DNA of 64,000 bases from Setoptus koraiensis. Taxonomy: Eukaryota > Animalia > Arthropoda. A program made the position numbers and the translations under genes. The stretch is taken from positions 13,516,001-13,580,000 of the forward strand of contig CM106586.1 of assembly GCA_048013815.1 (NCBI GenBank), read 5' to 3'. A model generated the notes under the pieces. That model did not search any database. It was not told the origin of the DNA and saw only the letters and a list, made by a program, of their open reading frames with translations. Position 1 is the stretch's first letter, and each line of letters opens with the position of its first letter. Positions 39,398 to 50,700 of the stretch are shown here, one piece after another.

Positions 39398-40818
39398 AAT
39401 GGTTTTTTGATAGTTTTCTTCGCTACTCGAAACTTCTAATAAAGTCAAATATCCAACTCATTCATCAAATAAAATTAAGTTCTTATTTTTAAATGCAACT
39501 TTGACATTATTGCAGTAGTAGACCAAAGGAGAATTTAGGCTTCCTCTGGGAAGTTGAAATTTTTCGTTTCAAGCGAGACTGTGATTCTGATTGGTAGACG
39601 AGTAAATTACACACTAAACACGATATATTTAAATGAGACTTCGTTCTCAGTTCACAAGTAATTGGTGAGCTATATGACTTGACAGATTTTCTATTCTACA
39701 TATTTCCTATTAGCATATAGGTGATAGAAATACACTGTCAATTAGCCTCTAAGATTCTAAAAAGTTGACGCCGTCAGTAAAATATATCTTCATGACTCAC
39801 AAGGTAAACTTCCTGACGATGACGCTCGCATCTACCAAACTACTGTTTTATCTTGTTCTGCAGATCATAGAAGTAAGAAAACACCATTCTCAAATCCACG
39901 TTCTTTGTTAATCCCGAGGAAGGCGGATAATTTATGCAGCGCATATCCCCTCTGCTTTGTACGATATCTAGCGCACTAATTGAGAAATAGAGAGAACATT
40001 GAAAAAACCTGCGCGCTTCTAACCACATCTAAGGTGCGTATGAATTTATGAAAGTTGACGACAGAAACCAAGAATATTGCCAAAAGTATACTATAAAAGG
40101 ATACTTGTGAATTTTCGATCAGTGTTTTCTTTCTTCCTGCAATCTGGAAAGTTCAGAGGTAACAGTGTCCGGTGCACAGGCGTGTCATCGAGAGCGAGGT
40201 TTACCTTGTCAGCTATTTTTCGGCTTAGCTTTAAATCAAATTATTCCTGGATCAACTCTAGCCTCATGATAGCTTTTCAGTCTCTTACAAAAGATTTTGA
40301 AGAACTTTGAGCTTTGATCTACGTGGAACAGAACACATGTCGGAACTTTTTGTGATCCCAGAATATTCACGGCATCGACAAAACTCAAGAAAAACTTTAA
40401 AAGCGAGAAAGTTCAATGCCGGAAGCACTCACACTTTTGCGGCAAATCAATATAAATAGCATGGCATAATTCTATAAAAATCCAAATAGGGCGATTATCT
40501 CGATGACAAGTTGTGGATGGGGATACTTCTTCTCTTAGTCGTCTGCAAGATGAGATTTCCCTGCTAGGCCTAGAAAAAGATAGATTAATTGCTACGATGA
40601 TGCAATAGGGATATCAATTAAGTCACGAAAAATCATTGGCAACGTGCATTGTAGACCTTTTCTGGTTAGTTGTTGGGGAGCTTCTTATTTGAACTGGGAT
40701 GTCTAAAGGGGACGAGAGGTGGAAACATTTCGTGTGGAGGTCTTTTTCATAACTTTCCCGATTACAAATGTACAAATGAACAACTGTTTCGTTATAACTA
40801 ACGAAGAGAGGCCGGGCG

Positions 40819-41200
40819 AGCTCGCTTCAAATTTTCTTGTCAGTACTGCGAATCACACACTCCCTGGTCTCCCACACACCCTTGGTCTCCCACCTCCCAA
40901 GCCACTCCCACCACGGCAATCACGCCCCAAAGGGAACGAACGAGAACACCACAGCTGATTTTTGGGAGGGGAAAATCGAATAGGATTTTTTGCTGCATGT
41001 GGGGGAAAGCACACATTTTCTCCACTGAAACACATAGATTTCCGACAACACGATGAAGGGGAAAACTCTATGGACTTTTTTGCTGTAAAAGGGGAAAAGA
41101 GCGAAAATGCATCTGTAAAGACCGGCTCGCTCCGCTCGCCCGACCTAACAAAATAGTGATCGGGGAGGTCGGGAGGAATACCTCCTGCGATCACCAGAAC
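40819..41200 (-). repeat. Unclassified interspersed element, copy B, with a 90-bp internal duplication and terminal hairpins
   Basis: Homologous to 15849-16190. GGGGAAAA...GGA(T/C)TTTTTTGCTG...GGGGAAA occurs at 40968 and 41058. Stems GTGATCG/CGATCAC, CCCGACCT/AGGTCGGG and GGAGG/CCTCC lie at 41138-41195. Confidence 0.6.
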
Positions 41201-41424
41201 AAAAAATTGATTTAAAAAAGGCGCCAGATTACACATGTTGGCAATCAAGCTTTTGCTTGTCACATTGCATGCTCTGCTTGCTGTCAGTAATCATCACCAA
41301 CCGATATATAATTCGCTTGTACTATTATTTATTTATTTCTTGACATATTTTAATGACACCTATAATCCATCATTAGTCTAGTCGGGAATCTAGATCCAAT
41401 TGGGAAAAATCAACCTAGCAAGTC

Positions 41425-42747
41425 ATGTCTGAGATAGTGCGTAGCTCGGGGCGCCAGAATCGACCGGTGAGTCTTCTCGTATACCTGGCCATATTTGCTA
41501 CATGCCTTACAGTTTTTTCAACTCATTGCACGGTGTTAGCGTCGACATTGACTACTGGGACTATACTGGTGTTGTCGGATAAACCAACTATAGTTAAAGA
41601 AACTCATTCAGATTTTTTTGCCACTTTAGAAGGACGTGGATACAAACTCGTTCATAAATCGTCCGATGATTCGACCCTTAAATTAACAAAATATGGAGAA
41701 TATCTTTACGATAATATTGTCATTATGGGCTCGAGTGTGGACAGATTCGGTGGTAGTGTAGATTTGAAAGAATTATTGAATTTTATAGACGACGGTCATA
41801 ATGTTTTACTTGCAGAGGGCAACAATCCCGGTACCGTCATACAAGAATTGGCCCGTGAGATAGGATTCGACTTCAAAAAATCTACTGCCAAACGCGAATT
41901 TACCAATACAAAATTGCGAGACATCTATCATATAATAGGCGATAGATCTAATTACCCATCAACGCCTTCATTTTCCTATTCTGGAACCCAATTAAGAATG
42001 GCCAACAGTGAGCTTACATTGGACGTACTTTCCAGCAACGCCCCTGTAGATGACACAAGTAACTCCTCGTCAAAGAGAAAAGCTACATCCAATGTACTTA
42101 TAGGCACAACTCAAGCTAGAAATAATGCCAGAGTGGTCATTTCTGGCTCTAAAGACTTTTTCAGTGACAAAGCATATAATCAATCATCAAATCAAAACAA
42201 GCTAATTGCAGATCAACTAACATCGTGGGTTTTCAAAGACAAGAGTGTTCTGCGTTTCAATGCCGTCACCCACAATAAGGTAACTCCAGTCGAAGAAACT
42301 AGCGCGGTGCAACTGCAAAGTAACGATCAGGGTTACACAATCATGGACGATATAATTTACACTATTCAGATAGAGATCTACGAAAATGGAAAATGGGGTC
42401 CATACATTGCCGATGATGTGCAGTTAGAATTTGTTAGGATAGACCCATTCGTTCGACAAACAATGACAATAGTTGACGACAAGTATGTCGCAAAGTTCAA
42501 GGTCCCTGACGTTTATGGAGTTTACAAATTCCAGGTCGATTACAAGAAAGAAGGCTTGACATATTTATTTAGTTCGACTCAAGTTTCAGTTAGGCCGTTG
42601 AAGCACACTGAGTACGAAAGGTATATATTTTCTGCTTATCCATACTATTTAAGTGCATTCCTCATGATGTTCTATCTGTATCTATTCAGTTTTGTATTTC
42701 TATATGCCAGCGAAGGCGACCAGCCCGCAAAGAGTAAATCAGACTAA
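41425..42747 (+). CDS. DDOST: Oligosaccharyltransferase 48-kDa subunit (OST48/WBP1), 440 aa, intronless
   Basis: Signal-like hydrophobic stretch, KYGEYLYDNI, QARNNARVVISGS, DDVQLEFVRIDPFVR, FKVPDVYGVYKF, VSVRPLKHTEYERYIFSAYPYY, C-terminal TM helix and ER-retrieval KSKSD. Confidence 0.96.
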   Translation: MSEIVRSSGRQNRPVSLLVYLAIFATCLTVFSTHCTVLASTLTTGTILVLSDKPTIVKETHSDFFATLEGRGYKLVHKSSDDSTLKLTKYGEYLYDNIVIMGSSVDRFGGSVDLKELLNFIDDGHNVLLAEGNNPGTVIQELAREIGFDFKKSTAKREFTNTKLRDIYHIIGDRSNYPSTPSFSYSGTQLRMANSELTLDVLSSNAPVDDTSNSSSKRKATSNVLIGTTQARNNARVVISGSKDFFSDKAYNQSSNQNKLIADQLTSWVFKDKSVLRFNAVTHNKVTPVEETSAVQLQSNDQGYTIMDDIIYTIQIEIYENGKWGPYIADDVQLEFVRIDPFVRQTMTIVDDKYVAKFKVPDVYGVYKFQVDYKKEGLTYLFSSTQVSVRPLKHTEYERYIFSAYPYYLSAFLMMFYLYLFSFVFLYASEGDQPAKSKSD

Positions 42748-43172
42748 TAAATTAATGTCCGCTTTATTCCATTTAAAGTAGATACCTACTTACACCTAGA
42801 CCCCGCGTCTGTTCGATTCTTTCTCCATCTCTTCAAGCTGTATGTGTTTGCTAAATGAAAATGATTTTCAAACCATTTTTCGATAGAAATAGATTTTCAC
42901 TCTGTATATCAAAGTGTACTTGCGAAAGCGAGTGGAAACAGGGCAATTCGAAGGGATACATACATCCACTGGTGAATATATATATATGTGATATATATAG
43001 ATTTTACTTTTTAGAAGACAGTGTAACAATGAGATAATAGATATAGTGTGGTAAGAAAACTTTCACAAATGTCCTATCATGCTCGGTAATCCGTAATAAA
43101 ATGATACCATTAAAAAGTTTGTATGGTACGATCATAACAAAACTATTTAGGCAAGGATTGGATGAGATCAAG

Positions 43173-43580
43173 CTAGTCTAGCTGACGATAATATTCCGTT
43201 GTCCTCTCTTTAAATAGTTTAGAATCGATTATTGAACCAGGTTTGATAACAGGATTTTTGACTACCAATTCAACATATATATCCTTGTAGAATTGTTTAA
43301 GTAATTGCTTATAAAATTCATTGGTCTTTGTCGGTTCCACTGTCACTATCAGAACTATTTTGTATGATGTGGGCAACTCCAAAACTATCAATTGGTAAGA
43401 GCTAGTTGTGTATGTCATATAATCGTTTGTTTCTTTGTAATTGGCATCAATCCTAGTGACGAATGATTTCAACGAATACAAGAAGCCGTATAATAATTTA
43501 TTCTTCTCGGGATCATCCTGATTGAGGGAGAAAATACAATCGCCACTGCGACTAAATATGCATACATTGTGCAATGGCAT
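43173..43580 (-). CDS. TRAPPC1: Trafficking protein particle complex subunit 1 (Bet5), 135 aa, intronless
   Basis: MPLHNVCIFSRSGDCIF start, KLLYGFLYSLKSFV, YTTSSYQL, ELPTSYKIVL, YVELVVKNP match the Bet5/TRAPPC1 longin family. Confidence 0.88.
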   Translation of the reverse strand: MPLHNVCIFSRSGDCIFSLNQDDPEKNKLLYGFLYSLKSFVTRIDANYKETNDYMTYTTSSYQLIVLELPTSYKIVLIVTVEPTKTNEFYKQLLKQFYKDIYVELVVKNPVIKPGSIIDSKLFKERTTEYYRQLD

Positions 43581-43918
43581 CTCCGACCCTTTGAGCCTCA
43601 AGAGCTATCTTTAATCGTTCTAGAGAATTATTTTGAATATATTTACAATAATAACAAAACAAAGAGAAGACGTTGTTTGGATGATGGATAATTTCACCTA
43701 AAAAAAGGAAGCGATCTGTCGGACATGTCCTCCAATGAGCCAGGCGCGATATTCGAAGCGGATTTTTCAATCAGCTGAGTGCGATTCTGGATTGGTGTTT
43801 GGCTCCTGTTAAAACAAAACTAAACTTTAAGGTTTCTAAACTATTGTTCTTCTATTTGCTACACGAAAATCTTTCTTTGAACTTATAATCTCAATAGATT
43901 TTTCGAATCTTGTACATC
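43581..43918. promoter_or_regulatory. Probable bidirectional promoter between TRAPPC1 and MEPCE
   Basis: Only 338 bp separate the divergent start codons. Confidence 0.55.
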
Positions 43919-45115
43919 ATGAGACGGAGACGCTGGATAGATTTAGCCGGATCGAATCAGAGCAGAGGCGGATCAAGTCACGCGGCAAAAAATGTTGTGG
44001 AGCATGAAAATTGTGAACGTCAAGAAACAGCCAAAACAAAAAATGAAACAGAATGTCCCAAGAAAAGGTCCACAATCAGGCAACAACTAGATAATTTAGA
44101 ATATGGTAATTACCCTAGCTACTACAAATATCGTAATAAGAACGATCCAAATGCAGGTGACAACTACGATAAGCGATTGGATCATCTCAAGAAGGAATGG
44201 TTCGAGGGCAAAGAAGTTCTAGATGTTGGATGCAATGTTGGCGACCTAACTTACTATATTGCGAAATCGTACAGACCTAAAAAGATTGTGGGTTTGGATA
44301 TCGATGAAAAATTGATCAACACAGCCACGAAAAGTTTAAATGCACATATGGATTGTTTAATAGATAGCCTTGGTGAGCTAAGGAGGCTTCGTGCCAAGAG
44401 ACAGTACCAACAGAGTGAAAATGACACTGAATTGTTATATCAGGAAGATCTGCTTCAATTTCCTTTATCCATTTATCTTAAGAATGGTCCTCTGGTTCTT
44501 AGCCAAGATTTAGATTCCAAGGAAGTCGTTGAGTACGATGTTGCCATGGATGCCGAATCTCAATCATCTGAAAACAATGGTGATCAAGATACAGTACACC
44601 AAGATGAGGCAGGCGAAAGCAATACCAAGAACGATGTTTCTTCTGTCGGAGTACCGTTGGAGAATGAATTAGTTCCTCTCCAAAGTGATCTATGTGATAA
44701 GTTTCCACATAATATTGCCTTCATTGTGCATGATTATGTTTTAGACAATGATGATCTAGTTGAACAACAAGACGCTCACTACGATGTCATATTATGCTTA
44801 AGTGTAACAAAATGGATACATCTGAATTATAGAGATGAAGGTCTGAAGCGTTTCTTCAAAAGAATATTTCTACATTTGAAACCTAACGGGGGTCGATTAA
44901 TTCTTGAGGCGCAACCATTCACTAATTATGGTCGAAGGAAAAAATTGAGCCAACGGATAAAGGATAATTACCAGAGCATTAAATTGAAACCAGAACAATT
45001 TGAGTCATTTTTGCTTAGCGATGAGATCGGGTTTTCAGCTTGTGAATACACTGGCACAACTAGTCACGCTCACTCGGGCTTTCAGAGGCCCATTCAAGTA
45101 TTTCGAAAAGATTAG
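43919..45115 (+). CDS. MEPCE: 7SK snRNA methylphosphate capping enzyme (Bin3 family), ~398 aa, intronless
   Basis: YGNYPSYYKYR, SAM motif VLDVGCNVG, GLDIDEKLI, YDVILCLSVTKWIHLNYRDEGLKRFF, LILEAQPF, GFQRPIQVF. First ATG is at 43919 (the track's start is a TTG). Confidence 0.93.
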   Translation: MRRRRWIDLAGSNQSRGGSSHAAKNVVEHENCERQETAKTKNETECPKKRSTIRQQLDNLEYGNYPSYYKYRNKNDPNAGDNYDKRLDHLKKEWFEGKEVLDVGCNVGDLTYYIAKSYRPKKIVGLDIDEKLINTATKSLNAHMDCLIDSLGELRRLRAKRQYQQSENDTELLYQEDLLQFPLSIYLKNGPLVLSQDLDSKEVVEYDVAMDAESQSSENNGDQDTVHQDEAGESNTKNDVSSVGVPLENELVPLQSDLCDKFPHNIAFIVHDYVLDNDDLVEQQDAHYDVILCLSVTKWIHLNYRDEGLKRFFKRIFLHLKPNGGRLILEAQPFTNYGRRKKLSQRIKDNYQSIKLKPEQFESFLLSDEIGFSACEYTGTTSHAHSGFQRPIQVFRKD

Positions 45116-46137
45116 ATATCAAAAGTATAAAAAGGCAGGTATTTATGGAGCTTAAAAGGCACGGATGACACAGAGTCCCGGACAATGGAAAGGACATTCA
45201 TCATTACAGATTTAAACTTATATATCTGATCTCGAAATTATCTAGCGAATCAAAAAATATCATCATTTCCAGCGGAGGATAACACCTGAATTATTGTAGA
45301 TAAACTAACGAAGATAATAGAGGCTAAGCTGTTGGGTGTATTTAATGCACCCAGACACTCACATAGTTCCTATTCCATAATACACGTACCGAACAAATAA
45401 ATGTATGTTGGTATTTTTGTAGTAAGCCGTTGAATTGCTGGCATGTTTATCCATACTTGCAATTGTCTATTTAGTTGGATGGCGGCCAAACAACAAATGA
45501 TGTGGGCTCAGTTGTTTTTTCATTTACTTACTGCGTGCTTTGGCCGACCATGGTGGACAAATACAATGGCTCGGGGTTGCTTATCATTGCATCCAATTAT
45601 TTTGATCCATAATTGTGTGTGTTAGTTGTGGATGACACACGATGATAGTATGATGGAGGAAGTTGGCATGCTTCCATTATGTATTGATCCACTTGAATGC
45701 CTCCAACTGTCTTATCACTCCGCTGGTCTAACCTGAGTGTCGTCCGCCTACATGTACGAGATAGTTGGTAGTTACAATTATACTATAACTGCATGAAGCA
45801 ATTACAATATGCAGTGTGCTATGTCAGCAGGGAAGGGGATCTATGCGAGGTACAAGTGATAAGGTAAAAGTTATGGTTACAGTTGCCCAGAGAGATAAGT
45901 TTTGTTTTGTTTTGTTGCGTATAGGGCGGTACACGTATCTAGATAAGTAATGCAAGCTCGCAAGAATTAGTCACCTATATTTATCTAGGCCTTACACTAG
46001 ACGGGGCACACAGTAATTAGACAGTTAGTCCGGGGTAGTATATTTGTAAACATGGTCTTGTTAGCTGTCGCTACATGTGTCGCGATGACATTTCCGTGCC
46101 CATCGGTGCTAGCGTCATCAGCGGCACGGGCAGCCGA

Positions 46138-46178
46138 CTGGTATCAACAACTAGGCTGGTATCAACAACTAGGCTGGT
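46138..46178. repeat. 18-bp tandem duplication CTGGTATCAACAACTAGG x2
   Basis: Read directly. Confidence 0.8.
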
Positions 46179-47668
46179 AGCTCTGGAATATGCAACTAAT
46201 TTCTTTTCATAATCTCTTAAAGTGGCCGAGCAGCTTATCTTGGTCACTTCCTCTATCCGTTATTGTCTTGCGCCGGGCAAATTTACTTTCGCTACTGGCC
46301 ACTAGTAGCTAGTGTGCACTAACTAACTATGTTAACGTCGCAAACATTAATATATATTTAGAAAGCGAGACTGTGGCTGGGCAGACGAGAATTGGTCGAT
46401 AGAGAGCGAGAGAGAGAGAGGGCGGGGGGAGAAACAGTACTCGTTCATGCAATCATAATCCAATCTTATATGTTACGTTATGTCACTGCCGCGAGATATA
46501 TCACCGAGATATAAATTTTTTACCACTTCCATTTAGGCAGCGACTACAAGCAACGCTGCGCGTCCTCATTGCAACAACTAAGTCGCGAATAACACCGACA
46601 ACAACAAAAACAACAACAACAACGAAAACAGCAGCGACCACGTCAAGTATAAATATACTCATGCAACTCTTCATGAGTATAGATATCATAAGTGCTTATC
46701 ATACATCACCACCAGTGTGTAGTCGCTTGCTAGATGGTCGCCGGCAACAGATCACGTTGGACTGGATGATCGGTTGGCATTCAGTCACAATGATGAATAT
46801 CTGGGCCAGTGTCGTGGTCGTGGTGCTCTCGCCGGCACTCACTAATCTGAGTAAGTGGCACACTGGGCCCCAACACTACTCGTGATGCTCGTGAGCTTGT
46901 GAGCCCAACCGTGCCGCCACTGTCGCTAGTGTCGCTGGCGGATTTGCGAACGAGGGGGGCTCGCAATTGGCGGATAGTGATCGAACAAGGCCCAATCATT
47001 AGCGCTCATGAGAGCAAGTGCGAGCACCGGAGGTTGCCTTTGTAAGGTGTGCTGCCGATGTGTTGTATTGTGTGTGCAAAAATAAAGGGCACCAACACAC
47101 ACACACACAATTACATTACAATATCAATTTATTAGCGCGTGAATTTTGTGGCAAACGGACACGAACGACACACAGGTGACTTTAAATTGGATCAGACAAT
47201 GCAGCGCCTACAAATCAGTGCGTGCCGAGACCATCAACTAGACAAATCAGCGCAGCCCGTCAATGCGACAACTTGTGTAACAAGCTTGCCGAGCTTCGTG
47301 AGCTGGCCAATGGTGGTAAGTGGCGCGACAAATTATCAGCTATATAGCTGTATAGTTTTCGTTAGATTATAGCTAGATTTTGGGAGCAGCTCGGTTGTGT
47401 TATTCATGACAGCGTCATGATGAGGGTCATTGCGTGCGTTCACGTTGTAGATTGTACGATTGCCGATTGTGTTTGCACGATCGCCGATGGTTTTGTATGA
47501 TATGACAATATTTCAATAATGAAAAGACATGACATTCAGTTGCGACAACTGCTGTTGATAATACAACTGCTCACAATGGAGAGAGACATTTGGTGGCGAG
47601 AGGTTGACGAGAGATTTGGTCGGGCGTTGAGTCGGGCACGGTCGTGCGTTTGGCGCGCGTTACAGACC

Positions 47669-47756
47669 GTTACACCGTGCAACGGTTACACCGTGCAACG
47701 GTTACACCGTGCAACGGTTACATCGTCCAACGGTTAGACCGTCCAACGGTTAGACG
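47669..47756. repeat. 16-bp minisatellite GTTACACCGTGCAACG, 5.5 units
   Basis: Units start at 47669, 47685, 47701, 47717, 47733 and 47749 (partial); later units drift to GTTAGACCGTCCAACG. Confidence 0.9.
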
Positions 47757-50700
47757 GTTTGCACGCTTGCGACCAGTTATCGGGCAATTTAATATGATTG
47801 CGCTTTGCTTTAGTCAACTTTTAACTCTCAACAATACAATGATGGTACGTGTATGCCGATGGCTGCTTTCATTGGGGCCCGGCACACAATTATGCAGTCC
47901 GGTTACATTTGTGAGAGGGGCGCACAAATACAGTGTTGAAATGGCCGAGGTCAGTGGCGTGGGCCCGCGCGAGGTATGCGAGGGCGCAAGGGATGCTGCG
48001 AGGGGAGCAGCGCTGATTAGTTAATGTTGTGTGTCGCATTGTTAATTGTCTGATTTGCTTTTGTTAGCGCTAGCTCTGTTTACAGTTTACAGTAATGATG
48101 CAACAAACAAAATTTTGTCTCTCTCGCTCTCTCGCTCGTCATTGTCCGCTGTTAAACGTGAGCGACGAAAATAATGAAGCAATCATGACACAACAACACA
48201 AACCGATACAGTTATAAACACATGTAATGGTTCATTAACATTGCCAGTTGCAAAGTTATAAAGTTGTTGCCGTTGTTGTTGCCGTTGTTGTCGCTCTGGC
48301 TGTTGTTGCTCTGACTGTTGTTGTTGCTGTGGCTGTTGTTGCTGGTGGTGGACACAACTCAAATACAACTTGTGTAGCGAGTCGCAACGCCAAGTGAATA
48401 TAGGACAAGATAGCTATTATCGTGTGGCTCGTCCATTGGCCGGCCGGCTGCCAGTTTGGCCAGCTCGCTGTTATTATTACTGGTATTATTACTCTTATGT
48501 ATGTGTATATGAGTGTGTGTGTGTATATTTGCAATAAGTCGTCGTGCCCACTATGTCGTGCCAAGTGGCGGTTGATAGTGATGGGCCCAGCCGCTTTATT
48601 CCGGCCGCTTGATCGGGCCCACAAACAGTGTGTGCCGTTTGTGTTTGCAAACATTGGCCGCCAGGCCTAGCGAATAAGACAAATGCCAGAATAATAACAA
48701 TAATAATAATACTAAGACTATGGCCAGAGTATAAATGCAATACAAGCCATAGGAGGCTTGATTAAAACTCTTTTTTGTTCTTTGCCTATTTTCACGCGAA
48801 CGGCCCCTTTATTTGGTGGCAGCAGCCAGCAAATCTGGCTGTCGGTCTGGCATCATGCACCCGCCAGCTATAGAGTGCAGCCATGGAGTGCAGCCATGGA
48901 GTGAGTGAGGCAATTGCAATTTCTCGCTCATTTCGTATGTCGAAGAGTCGCTCCAATTAACAGCGGTCCCAGGGCTCTTTTCACTGCATAAATGTATATA
49001 TATATAATTTATATCAAAAGAGAAAGAGTGTGCACAGTTGGTTGTTTGTTTGTGTGTGTGTGTGTGTTATGAGAATGCCTGGCGAAATGTTATATAATGT
49101 TGGGCAACGGCAGCATGGCAAAATGGCAAAAAATCACGTACGTCACACGTACGCGTCTGCTCTGATCGCACACACACGCTGCAGCTTATCCCTTAGCTAG
49201 CGACGGGGCCCCTGCTCTGCTGGCAGCGAGCGCTAGTTGGCCCCATTGGCCCCATCGCGCAGCACGCAGAGAGCGGAGAAAAAGTTTCGCGCTCTTATTG
49301 GTCCCAGTTGTTGTTGGTGGCGGCGCTGTCGTTGTCGTCGGCGCTGTTGTTGTCGTCGTCGGCGGTGGGCCCCGTCGGAGGCCGCCGGCGAGCCAGTTGT
49401 GCAGCGCTGGCTGGCTGGCGTGACGGCTAGCAAAAACAATAAATGTTGCTCTATCATTCGAGTGCTCCATTCACTTCTTTAAATTGAATGTGCGTGTGTG
49501 TCGGAGTAAATGTGCGAAATGTGTGTTATTGAATGATGCTCAACCGGGCCAGCTCGTCGTGTCCAATATTGGCGACGCCGACAACGGGCCCAACACGACA
49601 ACAGTGGCGACACCGACAACGACGACGACCTGAAAAGAACTCATTAGTGTCGAGGGCCTGTCACATGCCATATCTGTGCCGCTGCACTGCTCGCAGCGAG
49701 CCAGCCCGATCTGAGCCGGCAACGGGCCCGGCGCGAAGTAACGGGCCCGGCGCGTGTAGCAACGGGCCGGTGTGACGCAACGCCAAGTCGCTCTCAAGCG
49801 GGTTGTCGCAATGTAACAGCGGCAACTGGCAAGACGGCGGCGCCAGGTGAGACACACAGGTGAAGAGTTGAATGTAAGGCAATCAGACAAGTGGAGCGCA
49901 CAACAAATTTTATTTGTGCGCCTCTCGCTTGTGTCTGTTTTTATCTCAAGTCATTGCGAGAAACAATGACTGTTGAGTCTAAGTAATTTCGCTCATTAGC
50001 TTTGTTGTCGGCTGGCTGGCAGGCTGGCTGACTGGCTGACTGGCCAATATATATCAGATGTTGGCAGTGGGGCCCCAGCGCGCGCTGACACAACTGCACA
50101 ACGGCAACGGAACAGCAGCAGCAGCAGCAACACAATAACAGTTGCTGCCAAAACAAAACTGGGCGCCAACAACAGCGGTAATTAGCGACTGTGTGAGGCG
50201 CCAGCGACTCGCCGGGCGCCTCCATTGAGAAAAGATTAGATTAGATTAAAGTAGGCCAGTCTAGACTTGTTTAATTCACAATTCTCACACCGCTGCTGGC
50301 TGGTGGCAGGCAAGCAGCATTGGGCTTGTTTGGTTACCATTGGGCCCGTTCGGGCAGCATCGGGCCGCATTCGGTTGGCGGCGCTAGCGTCGTTAACTAA
50401 CTATCTCCGTTGACTAATGGAAACTCAGGTGAGGCCCGCCGCTCGAGCTGCCGACTGGCAAGTCGGCAAAACATCATCATCAGTGTATGTAGTTGTTGCT
50501 GTTGTTGTTGTTGCTGGTGCCGTCGCTGTTGTTGTCGCCGTTGTTGTTGTTGTCGTTGGGGCCCGAGGGCCATTATTCATGAAGCGGCCGCATAGCGGCC
50601 TCATAGCGGCCTCGTGGAGCAGAATGATCAGCGCCACTTGAAGCTTCATCAGCCACGTTCATCAGGCGCGTTCATCGGGCGCGTTCATTTCCATTCAGCG

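Noticed and set aside
41150-41200. GATCG/CGATC stem as a 7SK snRNA, given nearby MEPCE
   Set aside because: Internal T-runs would terminate Pol III, no other 7SK motifs are visible, and the region belongs to a repeated element.
47669-47756. 16-bp palindromic array as a CRISPR array
   Set aside because: The units are head-to-tail with no unique spacers, there are no cas genes, and the context is eukaryotic.
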